Translations under genes and position numbers: made by a program | Notes under the pieces: generated by a model | Databases searched by the model: none | What the model saw: only the letters and a program-made list of their open reading frames with translations | Told to the model about the DNA's origin: nothing | Part shown: positions 1 to 9,873 of the stretch, in pieces | How positions within the stretch are numbered: the first letter of the stretch is position 1 | Layout: every line of letters starts with the position of its first letter | DNA from: a virus | Taxonomy: Duplodnaviria > Caudoviricetes | Length of the DNA stretch: 57,928 nt | IMG/VR virus record: IMGVR_UViG_3300009002_000002 | Span: 1 to 57,928 of that record | Reading direction: 5' to 3' (one strand)

Positions 1-1043
1 AAGCCGTTATTAAGAGCAGGAGCGTAGTCAAGTACACCAGCCATTTGAAGAGCAGAAGCTACATCAGATGAACAGATTACGATGTTACCTTTACCACGGC
101 GAGTAGCTTTAGCAATTGCATTAGCTTCACGCTCGATTTGGAACATCAAGCCTTTGAACTTCTCAACAGACCAACGGCCATTTGAGTCAACATCTAGGTT
201 GAATACGCCTTTAGCGGCAGTACCGTCTTGACCACCAGCTTTAGCGGCAATATATACAGTACGAACAACTTCACGGTTGATTTCAGTAAGCAACTCAGCA
301 GAAAGCATATTAGCAAGTTCAGTTTCAGCGTCAAGACCGTGGATTGCTTTAAGGTCTTGTGCTAATTCTGAAGAGTACTCAGCTTTCAATGCACGAGATA
401 CAGCAGTTACAGCAACTTTGTCAATCTTGAATGACATTTCAGAGATTGCGTCATTTTCAGTAATCGGTGTAGCAGTATCAGCAGTGCCGTCAACATTAGC
501 GATTTCTGAACCACCTTGTGCTTCAGCTTGTGCTGTAGTACTACCAGTAGTTACAGTGAATCCACTTGCGATTTCACCAGTACCAGCATTCAGCGTGCCG
601 TCACCAGTTACGCCAGTGCCATCAGCATTCTTAGAAGCGTAGCCAGTTTTAACAGTGTCAAACAATGCTTCACCGCCTGAACCGTCCTGTGCGCCATAGT
701 TTGATTTCATAGCGAACACTAGTCCAGTAGGACCAGTCATTGGCTGAACACCAACGATATCGTATGCTACCAAGTTAGGCATTGCACGGCGTACAAGTGA
801 GATAAGTACAGGATCGTAAGTATCTACATTGCCAGTACCAGCACTTGATGTGCCCATGCTGTTAGTTGGAGCCGCTTCAGCAAGTACGCCAGTACTGCCT
901 AAGCTTGAACCTTCTCTAATAGAAGCTTCAGTGTTTTCCAAAAGAGTAGCTGTAACAGCCTCTTTGTGATTGTCAGAAATAGCGGGAAGAGCGGAATGCT
1001 CAAGCACTGGTGCCCACTTTTTCATTAGTTCTTCATTTCTCAT
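1..1043 (-). CDS. gp23: Major capsid protein (T4 gp23-like), 3' end beyond window start
   Basis: Not in the ORF track because it is open at the edge. Manual translation from ATG at 1043 gives MRNEELMKKWAPVLEHSALPAISDNHKEAVTATLLENTE...DPVLISLVRRAMPNLVAYDIVGVQPMTGPTGLVFAMKS...EYSSELAQDLKAIHGLDAETELANMLSAELLTEINREVVRT, hallmark gp23 motifs. An AAGGAG RBS lies upstream, and the gene follows gp22. Confidence 0.97.
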   Translation of the reverse strand, partial: MRNEELMKKWAPVLEHSALPAISDNHKEAVTATLLENTEASIREGSSLGSTGVLAEAAPTNSMGTSSAGTGNVDTYDPVLISLVRRAMPNLVAYDIVGVQPMTGPTGLVFAMKSNYGAQDGSGGEALFDTVKTGYASKNADGTGVTGDGTLNAGTGEIASGFTVTTGSTTAQAEAQGGSEIANVDGTADTATPITENDAISEMSFKIDKVAVTAVSRALKAEYSSELAQDLKAIHGLDAETELANMLSAELLTEINREVVRTVYIAAKAGGQDGTAAKGVFNLDVDSNGRWSVEKFKGLMFQIEREANAIAKATRRGKGNIVICSSDVASALQMAGVLDYAPALNNG

Positions 1044-1080
1044 TATGGTTCTCCTTTATTTGAGATTTTTAACTTATTAC

Positions 1081-1088
1081 TATTTATA
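1081..1088 (-). promoter_or_regulatory. T4-type late promoter TATAAATA upstream of gp23
   Basis: TATTTATA on + strand in the gp22-gp23 intergenic gap; matches the T4 gp55 late promoter consensus. Confidence 0.85.
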
Positions 1089-1095
1089 AAATTTG

Positions 1096-2013
1096 TTATT
1101 TCGAAAAGCGGTTAAGCGATTGAGTGTACCTAGCGATAGATGGATCCATAGCAGGCGTTACTTCTTCCGCAGTCTCTTCTTGTAGAAGATCAGTTTCTTC
1201 TTCCTTAGCAACTGGAGCAGACTCTACAAAGTAGTTGTCTTTGATGGCTTCTAATTTCTTAGTGTAGTCATCAGTTGATTCGAAAGAAATACCTTCTGAG
1301 AGAACACGCAATTTTTCTGCTTGAGTGTCTGTTAATTCCTCAGAAACATTTTTGAATGCGACTTCTAGATCAGCTTGTGACTTAGCTTCTTTGATTTCCA
1401 TCATTTCTTCTACTAACTCATTATACTTAACTTTAGACTCTTCAAGAGCAACTTCAAGTTCAGCATTATGATCAATAGTTTCTTGATCGATTTCAAGGTT
1501 ATGCTCAGTTACAAGACCTTTGATGCTATCGAATAGAGATTCAGCAACTTCTACTTTAATGTTGCTTTCAACTGCTACTTGATTATCATCCATCCAGTTT
1601 TCGATAACATAATCTAGATACTGGTCTACTTTTTCTACAATTTCTTCAACAGACTTTTCAACTTGCTCTTGAAGATCGCTTTCAAATTTTTCTTCCAAAG
1701 TTGCTGTTTCCGCTAGGATTTTCTCATGTACAGCGGCTTCGAATACTGCTACAGCAGAAGATTTAAAGTCTTCAGAAAATTCTGAACCTTCAAACAAACG
1801 CTCTACAGCTTCTGACATTCCACCAGTTACATTGCCTTCTGGAGTTTTTTCTTCAGAATCCTTAGCAACTTCGCCTTTATCTTTCTTTTTTGCTTTCGAC
1901 TTGTCTGATCCGCCCTCTGGAGTTACGGGATCGGCTGCTACTGCATCAGTACCAGTCTCCTTCGCTTCCTCGAGGTCTAGATCAAGATCAACGCCTTTTT
2001 CTAATTCACTCAT
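1096..2013 (-). CDS. gp22: Prohead core scaffolding protein (T4 gp22-like)
   Basis: Acidic coiled-coil 305 aa with FSEDFKSSAVAVFEAAV and VDQYLDYVIENWMDDNQVAVE motifs; lies between gp21 and gp23. Confidence 0.92.
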   Translation of the reverse strand: MSELEKGVDLDLDLEEAKETGTDAVAADPVTPEGGSDKSKAKKKDKGEVAKDSEEKTPEGNVTGGMSEAVERLFEGSEFSEDFKSSAVAVFEAAVHEKILAETATLEEKFESDLQEQVEKSVEEIVEKVDQYLDYVIENWMDDNQVAVESNIKVEVAESLFDSIKGLVTEHNLEIDQETIDHNAELEVALEESKVKYNELVEEMMEIKEAKSQADLEVAFKNVSEELTDTQAEKLRVLSEGISFESTDDYTKKLEAIKDNYFVESAPVAKEEETDLLQEETAEEVTPAMDPSIARYTQSLNRFSK

Positions 2014-2053
2014 TTAACTTCTCCTTTTAAAGTAATTAATGTGTCAATATTAC

Positions 2054-2061
2054 TATTTATA
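2054..2061 (-). promoter_or_regulatory. T4-type late promoter TATAAATA upstream of gp22
   Basis: Intergenic TATTTATA on + strand with the same TACTATTTATA context as the gp23 promoter. Confidence 0.85.
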
Positions 2062-2067
2062 ATAATT

Positions 2068-2745
2068 CTATTTTGACAAAGAACGAACAAACTTCTCAAA
2101 CAAAGCGGCCGCTTTAATCTCTAACTCAGCAGTAGAGACTTTAGCAGTCTGTTTGATTTCTTCTTCGATCTCGTCAAATGTATTCGCTACTTCCCATGAA
2201 GAAGAAGCTACATCGTAAATCCAATCTACACCTTCCATCACTCCCTTAACGAAAGCATCTGGCGCTGATGGATCAGCTACAATATCCCCTGCGGTGGCTA
2301 ACATGAAATCTTTCTGTACTTCCATGATACCACTCTTATTCTGTTTGATAGAACCCATACCACGAGATGAAATACCAAGAGTGCCATCTTCATCCATGAT
2401 GTTCTTTACGATTTTGCCCATTGGCGTGTCCATTACTTTAGCACGACCAACGATATTAGCACCGTCTTGTCTTAACTCTGTGAACATATGAGATACACGA
2501 TCAAGATTAATCGTTGGACCTGCAGGGTGACCAAGTTCGCCATAGGCTCTTTTCTTCTCTACATATGTCTCGTTATATCTTTTTACTTCATTAGCAAGAA
2601 TCTCTTTAGGATACATACGACCATTACGGTTCTTGATGTCGCCTTGCATAATGATGCCTTCGATGAAGTAGTCTTTCTGACCATCTTCTTTGGCTTCACA
2701 GATATATTGTACATCTTCAACGATTTCTTTGATTAGTAAACTCAT
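2068..2745 (-). CDS. gp21: Prohead protease (T4 gp21-like)
   Basis: YFIEGIIMQGDIKNRNGRMYP, GELGHP, ISSRGMGS and DIVADPSAPDAFV motifs. Confidence 0.96.
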   Translation of the reverse strand: MSLLIKEIVEDVQYICEAKEDGQKDYFIEGIIMQGDIKNRNGRMYPKEILANEVKRYNETYVEKKRAYGELGHPAGPTINLDRVSHMFTELRQDGANIVGRAKVMDTPMGKIVKNIMDEDGTLGISSRGMGSIKQNKSGIMEVQKDFMLATAGDIVADPSAPDAFVKGVMEGVDWIYDVASSSWEVANTFDEIEEEIKQTAKVSTAELEIKAAALFEKFVRSLSK

Positions 2746-2754
2746 ATCTTCTTC

Positions 2755-3405
2755 CTATTTGCCTGCTGAGAATGCAAACTTAGCAACATCTTTAAATGTT
2801 CTGCTGTTGTCTAGCATATTCAACACTTTCTTTTGGTTTGTGCTGTTCAATTGTTTGATCATAGAAACAATCATAGAGGCAGTTGTTAAATCGACTTTTT
2901 GCTTTTTGCCGTCTTTAAACTTAACCTGACCAATGCTTTTAGTCTTAACAATTTTTTCTAAGTCTGAAAGAACGCCTTCTGTTTTGTAACCTTCTTCTAA
3001 CTCTTCGTCTTCTTCCGACTCGTCTTTCATTGCCATCTTAGTGGCAGTTGCGTACATAACATCAGTAGCTTTGTCACCGTAACGATCTTTGAACTCGCTC
3101 ATTTTTTTCTTGAGTTCTTTAACGATAACTTCACGCTTCTCTTTTTGAGCATCAGTCATCTCTGCTTCAGATACAGTGCCCTCTTGTACAGACTCATAAA
3201 CTTCTTCATCTTCGCCTTTTTGAAAGTCTGCGAGACGATTGCCAGATACATCAAGTACTTCTGCTTGCTTGTATCCATCTGGAAGTTCTTTAATATCTAC
3301 AAGGTGCTTATCTACAAAACTTTGAATACCTGCTGAAGTAGCAGAGTCGATTTCTCCTGTAGGCTTGCCGACTGTTTCTACTGTGAACTGCTTAAAAGAT
3401 TTCAT
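2755..3405 (-). CDS. Putative prohead core/internal head protein (gp68 position)
   Basis: 216 aa, charged; N-terminus MKSFKQFTVE resembles T4 capsid-targeting sequences; lies between portal and gp21. Confidence 0.6.
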   Translation of the reverse strand: MKSFKQFTVETVGKPTGEIDSATSAGIQSFVDKHLVDIKELPDGYKQAEVLDVSGNRLADFQKGEDEEVYESVQEGTVSEAEMTDAQKEKREVIVKELKKKMSEFKDRYGDKATDVMYATATKMAMKDESEEDEELEEGYKTEGVLSDLEKIVKTKSIGQVKFKDGKKQKVDLTTASMIVSMIKQLNSTNQKKVLNMLDNSRTFKDVAKFAFSAGK

Positions 3406-3418
3406 TTTGATTCCTTTA

Positions 3419-3610
3419 TTATTCTGATTCTACTTCTACGCTTGCTTCTGCTTCAACTGGCTCGCCAGCTTCTGCGGGAGCGCCAAACATAGAATCGTAT
3501 TTTTGTCCGATAGCCGCTGTCATTTTATCCGCCATAATACCATTAAACGAGGATTCAAATGAACCAGCATCTTTATCCATCGCATTTTTAATCAAATCAC
3601 TAACACTCAT
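3419..3610 (-). CDS. Small acidic prohead core protein (gp67-like by position)
   Basis: 63 aa with acidic C-terminus, AAGGAG RBS, directly downstream of portal. Confidence 0.6.
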   Translation of the reverse strand: MSVSDLIKNAMDKDAGSFESSFNGIMADKMTAAIGQKYDSMFGAPAEAGEPVEAEASVEVESE

Positions 3611-3633
3611 ATCTATCTCCTTACTTATATCTT

Positions 3634-3641
3634 TATTTATA
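3634..3641 (-). promoter_or_regulatory. T4-type late promoter TATAAATA upstream of prohead core genes
   Basis: Intergenic TATTTATA on + strand between gp20 and the 63-aa gene. Confidence 0.8.
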
Positions 3642-3659
3642 TTTTATTACAATTACTGA

Positions 3660-5213
3660 TTAAAATCCGCCATCATCTGCAATATTATCTTCTGCATCTT
3701 CAGCATCTTCTTCATCTTGACTTATCTGATCTCTCATGGTTTCGATTTCATCTTCGTTCATCATGAGAACATTTTTTCTTACCCATTCTGCTGAGTAGTA
3801 CTTACCAACATAGTCGTCAATGTCTCGGAGAAGATTCAATCTTTCTCTCAAGACTTCACTTTCTTTCAATTCTTCAAAGTAGTTGTCTTGCATGAAATCA
3901 TATCTGATAGAGGCTTGAATCTCGCCCCACTCTTCAGGTTTAATGATTCCTTTGAGTATCAACTGCTTCTCAAGAACTTTATCAAACAGTGTAGAGAATC
4001 GTGATCTCAATCTGCTGATAAACTTACTAAACTTAATCTCATCTCTAGATATCTCTGTTGCTCTACCTAAAGAGAACCCAGTATCTGTTTCCATGCGAGA
4101 GATAGGCACATTCAGAGCCTTAAACAATCTCTTCTGGAAATATAATACATCGTCTAGTTCTCCTAGATTTTGACCACCAGGTAATGTAGTGATCTCTGTA
4201 CCTTTTCCGCCTTCTCTTCTTGGCAACCAAAAATCGTCAGTCATACTCATATGTCTACGATCATCTTTAACATCACCAGTACTTGCATCATAAACTAAGC
4301 GATTCTTGTGCTTAGTCATCATATCTCGTAGATACTGTTCTGCTTTCATCTTAGGCAGATTACCTACATCGATATAAAAAATTCTTCTTTCAGGCGCTCT
4401 AGATATTCTGTAAATAACTACAGCATCTTCCATCATTCTTAACTGATTTAAAGGTTTGATTGCCTTATGTAAGTTAGAGATGATTAATGAATTGTTCTCA
4501 TTAAGTAAACCTGAATTAGCATTTACAATTGAGTCTTTAGCAATCTTTAAGCCTTGCAGGTCAGAGTTGTTTCCTACTCCCTGCATACTACCACTTTGTG
4601 CTAAAAATCCTTTTTCACTGTAAACATAGTACTCGTTTTTTACTCTCTTATTTAAAAACTTATTGTTTCCAGATTGAACTGATCCAGATTGCTCTTTCTC
4701 AAACTCTCTAACTTTACGAATCTTTCTTGGATCGATATAGCGCAACTCTTGAATACCTTTTCGAGGTTGCTTAACATCAATCATAACATGGTAGTTGATT
4801 CTTCCATCAACATACCACTTTTGGAAAGTATCGTAACCAGTAGAAGAAAAGTCTAACAACTTCAATACAGTGTCAAACTCTTCTCTAATTTTCTTTCTGA
4901 TGTTGTCAGCTAAATCGACATCATCTGTAATACACTCAACAACTTTTTGATCTGACGAAATGCTAATCGCTTCGTTAACAATGTCATCAACTGCTTGTGA
5001 TACTTCTGGTTGCTGTAACATTCCTCTATATTTCTGTACAAGTTCTGCTTCTGATCTTGCACTACCTGCTAGGTCTAGATAGCTACTAGCGGCAGTACCT
5101 GTTGCCGCAATATCAATAGAGCCATCGTCAGCCTCTGGCGAGATGAAAGATGGTATGTTTTTTTCTTCCTTTTCGCCTTTGCGTTTGATTTCGAAACCAA
5201 ATAATTCAGCCAT
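3660..5213 (-). CDS. gp20: Portal vertex protein (T4 gp20-like)
   Basis: LRYIDPRKIRKVRE, YRISRAPERRIFYIDVGNLPKMKAEQYL and DFWLPRREGGKGTEITTLPGGQNLGE motifs. Confidence 0.98.
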   Translation of the reverse strand: MAELFGFEIKRKGEKEEKNIPSFISPEADDGSIDIAATGTAASSYLDLAGSARSEAELVQKYRGMLQQPEVSQAVDDIVNEAISISSDQKVVECITDDVDLADNIRKKIREEFDTVLKLLDFSSTGYDTFQKWYVDGRINYHVMIDVKQPRKGIQELRYIDPRKIRKVREFEKEQSGSVQSGNNKFLNKRVKNEYYVYSEKGFLAQSGSMQGVGNNSDLQGLKIAKDSIVNANSGLLNENNSLIISNLHKAIKPLNQLRMMEDAVVIYRISRAPERRIFYIDVGNLPKMKAEQYLRDMMTKHKNRLVYDASTGDVKDDRRHMSMTDDFWLPRREGGKGTEITTLPGGQNLGELDDVLYFQKRLFKALNVPISRMETDTGFSLGRATEISRDEIKFSKFISRLRSRFSTLFDKVLEKQLILKGIIKPEEWGEIQASIRYDFMQDNYFEELKESEVLRERLNLLRDIDDYVGKYYSAEWVRKNVLMMNEDEIETMRDQISQDEEDAEDAEDNIADDGGF

Positions 5214-5233
5214 ATTTTATCCTCTAACTCTCA

Positions 5234-5253
5234 GGGAGAGTTTATTCTCTCCC
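5234..5253 (-). terminator. Stem-loop between gp19 and gp20 (possible terminator/attenuator)
   Basis: GGGAGAG-tttatt-CTCTCCC perfect 7-bp stem; no clear U-tract on the minus-strand transcript. Confidence 0.5.
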
Positions 5254-5274
5254 CTTAAATTATCGTTATCAATT

Positions 5275-5829
5275 TTACTCGTTTGTACCGCCGTCTCCGG
5301 TGACACCACCAGAAACATTCCACCAATCATACTGGAAAGTAACATCGAATCTTTCGATGTCATCAGTTGTACTCCAGTCTGTAGTGATTGCACCGATAGT
5401 AGTCGGGAACAATCCGTTAAAGTTATAAGTTCTCAGTGGTCCACCAGTTTTTGAATACTGTGTGATCTGCGCTTGAGCCTTATACTCTGAAGCACTTGCT
5501 GTGCCTAATTGCGTAACATTTCCTTCGTGGGAATTGATTGAAGCCATCCATTCTTCCATAGCGTTACGGATAAGAAAGTCTTCATCGTTAATGATAGTTA
5601 CAGTCCACTCAGCGAATGTTCTGTCTCCCGCTACTTTGACCTTACGACCAAAGTATGGAATCTCAATTACGCCCATTGTTGCTTCTGGGATCTGTGCCGC
5701 CTGTACCATAAACGGTGTCTTTAAATCAGCAACTCCATTGATAGGATTAGTAATCGCTACTTGGAATAGTGATGCCTTGGCACCCCCGAAGGTCAGTTGG
5801 CTTTTAATTTCATTGATGTTGAAAGCCAT
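5275..5829 (-). CDS. gp19: Tail tube protein (T4 gp19-like)
   Basis: PYFGRKVKVAGDRTFAEWTVTIINDEDFLIRNAMEEW and IERFDVTFQYDWW motifs. Confidence 0.96.
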   Translation of the reverse strand: MAFNINEIKSQLTFGGAKASLFQVAITNPINGVADLKTPFMVQAAQIPEATMGVIEIPYFGRKVKVAGDRTFAEWTVTIINDEDFLIRNAMEEWMASINSHEGNVTQLGTASASEYKAQAQITQYSKTGGPLRTYNFNGLFPTTIGAITTDWSTTDDIERFDVTFQYDWWNVSGGVTGDGGTNE

Positions 5830-5855
5830 TGTTTATATCTCCTTGTTATTTAATA

Positions 5856-5863
5856 TATTTATT
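5856..5863 (-). promoter_or_regulatory. Late promoter variant AATAAATA upstream of gp19
   Basis: TATTTATT on + strand overlapping the gp18 stop; one mismatch to consensus. Confidence 0.5.
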
Positions 5864-8180
5864 AAGCCTGACCAACGATCTCATTGAACTCTACGCCTGA
5901 TCTAACAGCTACAAAGTTCAACTGGATGAAGTTGATAGAACGAGCTGGCTTGATATAAATATCGCCAACAAATTGGTTACCGTCGATAACGCTTTGACCG
6001 TTGTTTGATTCATCACAAACTACTTTAAAGTCATAGATGCCTCGTCTACCCTGTACATCTCTCAAGAATGGTTCAACCAAGTTTACAAATTGCGCTCTAG
6101 TGAACTCATCGTTAAACTCGAATAATGTTGATTTAGCCGCTCTACCAATAGTCTTTTCAAGAACAATAAACAATCTACGAACATTAATTCTATCGAATGC
6201 ACTAGTAACTCCTGTAAATGTCTTATCTCCAAACAGTACAGTACCTTGACCTGGTTGTGTAATTACTGGGTTAATACCTTTCTTGTATAGTAAATCTCTT
6301 TCTGCTTTATTAGGATTAACTTGCAATTTAACAACATTCTTAACATTACCTCTCTGATAGCCAGCAGGCGAGAACCATGGATCTCTTAGATCGTCTGTTC
6401 TAGCACAAAGACCAGCAATGTCTCCATTCAAAGGGATATAAGCGTATGTGTCGTTATACTTGTCATACTGATACTTATAACCACTATCGACAACGGAATA
6501 AGAACTTGATGTTAGATTACTAGCGAAATCTACGATATTAGCTACAGTCACATCAGCTAATTCAGGAGAGATGAACGCTACACAGTCTCTGCGAACATCA
6601 GCAACATTATCTACGATATAGTTAGCTAATGCATGAGTTTTCGCTTTACCTTGAAGTACAAAAGAAATATCTACATCAGCAGGATCCTTATAAAGATCAT
6701 AGCCCAATGCTAATTCGCCAATAGTAGCCGCAACTTCATCGTTACCGTCAGCACCACCAGTCATTATTTTACTTGATCTGACTAGCGTGAATCCTGTAGC
6801 ACCAATATCAGCATCAGAAATTTTAATCCAATTAGACTTTTGCTCTAGAACAGTTCTAGCATAGTTAGAAGAGCCATCAGGCTTAACAGCCGAAGGATCT
6901 TCTGAGAGTCCTTCATAAATCTCTAGGACTGCTCCTGCTGTGCCTGTTAGTTTTCCGTCTGCATCCTTAACAACTAAGTGTATAGATCCTGCACCAGGAG
7001 CACTATCGAATAAATCAGCATCTCCCCACTGCACATCATAATTATTATCTTGAATATTACCTACGATACCTTTAAATCTTTCAGTGAAGTTAACCGTTAT
7101 GCTCAGGTCAGTAAATGGTTTTAACTTAGAATCTGTGCTAGTCGTTGATGGTCTAGATGTAAGTAGAATATTCTTAGGCGATGCGTCTGTGTGAGCCTCA
7201 GCATCCGCAAGTGTTGCCGCTAATTTAAGAGCATCTGTAGTAGTTCCAGTAATAGAACCACCAGTAACGAAAGCTGAACCAGCTGAAGCTGTTACAGGAA
7301 TTACAAAATATGTTCTGCCGTCTACTAGACCGCCAATTACACCGGCTGTTTCAGCACTATACTGAACTGCTTGACCCTTAGTAAAGCCATGACCCGCAAG
7401 ATTGATTATGTTAGCATGAATTTTCTCAGCCGCATCAGATTGATCACCATCGATTACTATACCAGAATCACTCGTACCTGTAGGTGCCGCATCAGATTCG
7501 AAACTCTTAACTGTAGCATCTGTAGCAACAGTACCGCCTACTGTACTAGGAGCATTAGCTGATAAAGTCATTTCTTGTAACACATTGCTAGAACTATCTT
7601 TAAGAACAATCTTAGTGCCTTTCGTCAAAAGGTCTCTAGATACGCTACTGATCTCAGTAATGCTGGCTTGCTTTCTGCCCTCTAGTGAATCTGTGATAGC
7701 AATTTTACCCATAGCAAAATTACCACCACTTGGTCTTGTAGCATTAAATTTAACACCAGTATGACCACTACCACCTGTGTTGTCAACTAAGTCTGCTGAA
7801 CAATATGATACTTCAATAGAGTTTCCTAGAAGACCTTTATACTTAGCTTTGAATTGTTCGTCTGATTCCGAGGCTTCTGCAAGACCTGCAGTGTCTACAC
7901 GAGTTACATATAATGCATCGCTATATCCTAAGAAGTTTGCCGCGGTGTAGAATGTTTCTACATTAGACCATGTAGTTCCATAGGTCGCTCCGCTATAAAT
8001 TTTAACTGGTGCACCAAATCGATCCACTAGTTGTTGCTCAGAAGAGATAAGTACTCTTTCTCCTACTGGCCCCCATCGAAATACGCCTGCGATTGCGCCT
8101 TCGGTTGTACCAACCGCTGGAACTGCATTCGTAAGGTCGACTTCGCTGACATTAATGCCTGGACTTGTTTGAAAAGCCAT
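5862..8180 (-). CDS. gp18: Contractile tail sheath protein (T4 gp18-like) with inserted domain
   Basis: MAFQTSPGINVSEVDLT, PWFSPAG and SAFDRINVRRLF...FEFNDEFTR...IYIKPARSINFIQLNFVAVRSG motifs. Confidence 0.98.
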   Translation of the reverse strand: MAFQTSPGINVSEVDLTNAVPAVGTTEGAIAGVFRWGPVGERVLISSEQQLVDRFGAPVKIYSGATYGTTWSNVETFYTAANFLGYSDALYVTRVDTAGLAEASESDEQFKAKYKGLLGNSIEVSYCSADLVDNTGGSGHTGVKFNATRPSGGNFAMGKIAITDSLEGRKQASITEISSVSRDLLTKGTKIVLKDSSSNVLQEMTLSANAPSTVGGTVATDATVKSFESDAAPTGTSDSGIVIDGDQSDAAEKIHANIINLAGHGFTKGQAVQYSAETAGVIGGLVDGRTYFVIPVTASAGSAFVTGGSITGTTTDALKLAATLADAEAHTDASPKNILLTSRPSTTSTDSKLKPFTDLSITVNFTERFKGIVGNIQDNNYDVQWGDADLFDSAPGAGSIHLVVKDADGKLTGTAGAVLEIYEGLSEDPSAVKPDGSSNYARTVLEQKSNWIKISDADIGATGFTLVRSSKIMTGGADGNDEVAATIGELALGYDLYKDPADVDISFVLQGKAKTHALANYIVDNVADVRRDCVAFISPELADVTVANIVDFASNLTSSSYSVVDSGYKYQYDKYNDTYAYIPLNGDIAGLCARTDDLRDPWFSPAGYQRGNVKNVVKLQVNPNKAERDLLYKKGINPVITQPGQGTVLFGDKTFTGVTSAFDRINVRRLFIVLEKTIGRAAKSTLFEFNDEFTRAQFVNLVEPFLRDVQGRRGIYDFKVVCDESNNGQSVIDGNQFVGDIYIKPARSINFIQLNFVAVRSGVEFNEIVGQA

Positions 8181-8231
8181 TGTTGATTTCTCCTTGTTTA
8201 TTTTGTAAGTTATAAACTTCTATATTCTCTA

Positions 8232-8239
8232 TATTTATA
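8232..8239 (-). promoter_or_regulatory. T4-type late promoter TATAAATA upstream of gp18
   Basis: Intergenic TATTTATA on + strand between gp17 and gp18. Confidence 0.85.
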
Positions 8240-8250
8240 ATAATAGTAAT

Positions 8251-9873
8251 CTAGTGCAACCAGGAATCATCTCCGTCTGGCGCAACAACCACTTGTCTAG
8301 GCTCGTCAGATTCGTAACTATTAAATCCAATGGGTAATAAACTTTCCATTAGTTCTTCTTCGTTTCTTTGACGCAGTTTATCTACAGTATTTATATCTGT
8401 AATTTCTTTGAAAAAGCCCTGATCTGACATCCAGGCAAAGAGTACTAGACCCATTGCTAGATCATCGTGTTTTCCAGATTCAGCCTGATAACTATTACCT
8501 CTACGAGAGAATGTAGAAAGTTCATTAACTGTTTGAAAATCGTTTACAATCAGTTGGTCCTGCTCAATGAGCATCTTCAGCATATTACAGCCTATCGTCT
8601 TAACTGATTTTGTCGTTCTTATTCCTTTATCTGAGTTTTTTGAGAATCCTGTCGATATTCTTTTACCAGATCGACCCGCAGACTCAGTAAACATCAGAGT
8701 TTCACATTCATATTCATAGTGTAGCACTTCTGCTACTTGTTCACCTATATCATTTACTTCCACTAAAACATATGCATCATTGTAACTCTTTGTGCTTCTG
8801 TGTATTACTTGAGCATAGTCAATGGGCGTAATTGTATTGTCTTTATATACACAAACTTGTTTATACGGCATGGTTGTCACATCAATAATGTGAAATGCCG
8901 AGTAATCTAATCCTTTACCTCTTGAAACATCAACAACACAACAGTAAATGTGTCCTTTTTCGGGTTTCTCGTATACTTTCATGAGTGATGTTTCGTGTAT
9001 AGGAGTCTTTGTTACTAAAGTCTTTAGCTTCGATCCTTCAATCAGTGTGCCCGATGATCCTAGAAATCCACACTCAAATTCTTGTGAGAACTTCTGTGTA
9101 TCGCCTTCCATTGCGGCAAGTGTCTCTTTATGCCACGCTTTGTCTCGACCAGGTACTTTTTGCCAGGGAACCTCAACATATTCGAAACCATTAGTGTCTT
9201 CTTTTGCACCTTGGCAAGTCTTATAAAAGTGATTCAAACCGTTTGGTGTAGATGTGTACAACATCTTTGTGGTTTTACCAGAAGATATCGTTGGAAACAC
9301 TGAAGCAAAGAACTCATCCCAGTTCTCTACGAAAGCAGTCTCATCAATATACAAGAACGAAATCGATTTACCACGAATCGCACTTGATGAAGTTGAGCCA
9401 GCAATAATCTTACATCCATTCTCAAATTCAACAGAACCCTTGTTCCATTCAATGACTCCTTGCTGTAACCACTTGGGCAATGCTTCATATGCAATCTTGA
9501 TTCGATCTAGAATCTCACGAGCCGCATCACCTTTGTTAGCAAGTAAAGCACAAGTCTTATGCTCATTAAATAGAACATAGTGTAGAATCACAGCAACAGC
9601 GGTTGTCGTTTTACCTGCCTGTCTTGATGTTACAACTGTTACTCTACGATTGTTTGTTATCTTTTCAACAATCTCTTTCTGATAATCGTACAATGCGATA
9701 GGTATTAATCCTCTATCCACATGAACGATTTGAATATACTTTTCTGCGAAGTATGTTGGATTCTGAGCGCACTTGATGAATTCACCAACCATATCTGGAG
9801 TAAACTCGATAGGAGTACCCTTTCTCTTCAGATTGATGTTTCCATTATATCCACGATCTAACATATTACTCAT
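8251..9873 (-). CDS. gp17: Terminase large subunit (T4 gp17-like)
   Basis: Walker A SRQAGKTT, Walker B FLYIDETAF, coupling motif TSTPNG, nuclease VDVSRGKGLDYS and HDDLAM. Confidence 0.98.
   Translation of the reverse strand: MSNMLDRGYNGNINLKRKGTPIEFTPDMVGEFIKCAQNPTYFAEKYIQIVHVDRGLIPIALYDYQKEIVEKITNNRRVTVVTSRQAGKTTTAVAVILHYVLFNEHKTCALLANKGDAAREILDRIKIAYEALPKWLQQGVIEWNKGSVEFENGCKIIAGSTSSSAIRGKSISFLYIDETAFVENWDEFFASVFPTISSGKTTKMLYTSTPNGLNHFYKTCQGAKEDTNGFEYVEVPWQKVPGRDKAWHKETLAAMEGDTQKFSQEFECGFLGSSGTLIEGSKLKTLVTKTPIHETSLMKVYEKPEKGHIYCCVVDVSRGKGLDYSAFHIIDVTTMPYKQVCVYKDNTITPIDYAQVIHRSTKSYNDAYVLVEVNDIGEQVAEVLHYEYECETLMFTESAGRSGKRISTGFSKNSDKGIRTTKSVKTIGCNMLKMLIEQDQLIVNDFQTVNELSTFSRRGNSYQAESGKHDDLAMGLVLFAWMSDQGFFKEITDINTVDKLRQRNEEELMESLLPIGFNSYESDEPRQVVVAPDGDDSWLH

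Noticed and set aside
1-9873. Introns, inteins or homing endonucleases in gp17, gp18, gp20 or gp23
   Set aside because: The frames are continuous with ordinary lengths, and I saw no intein termini or HNH/GIY-YIG/LAGLIDADG motifs.
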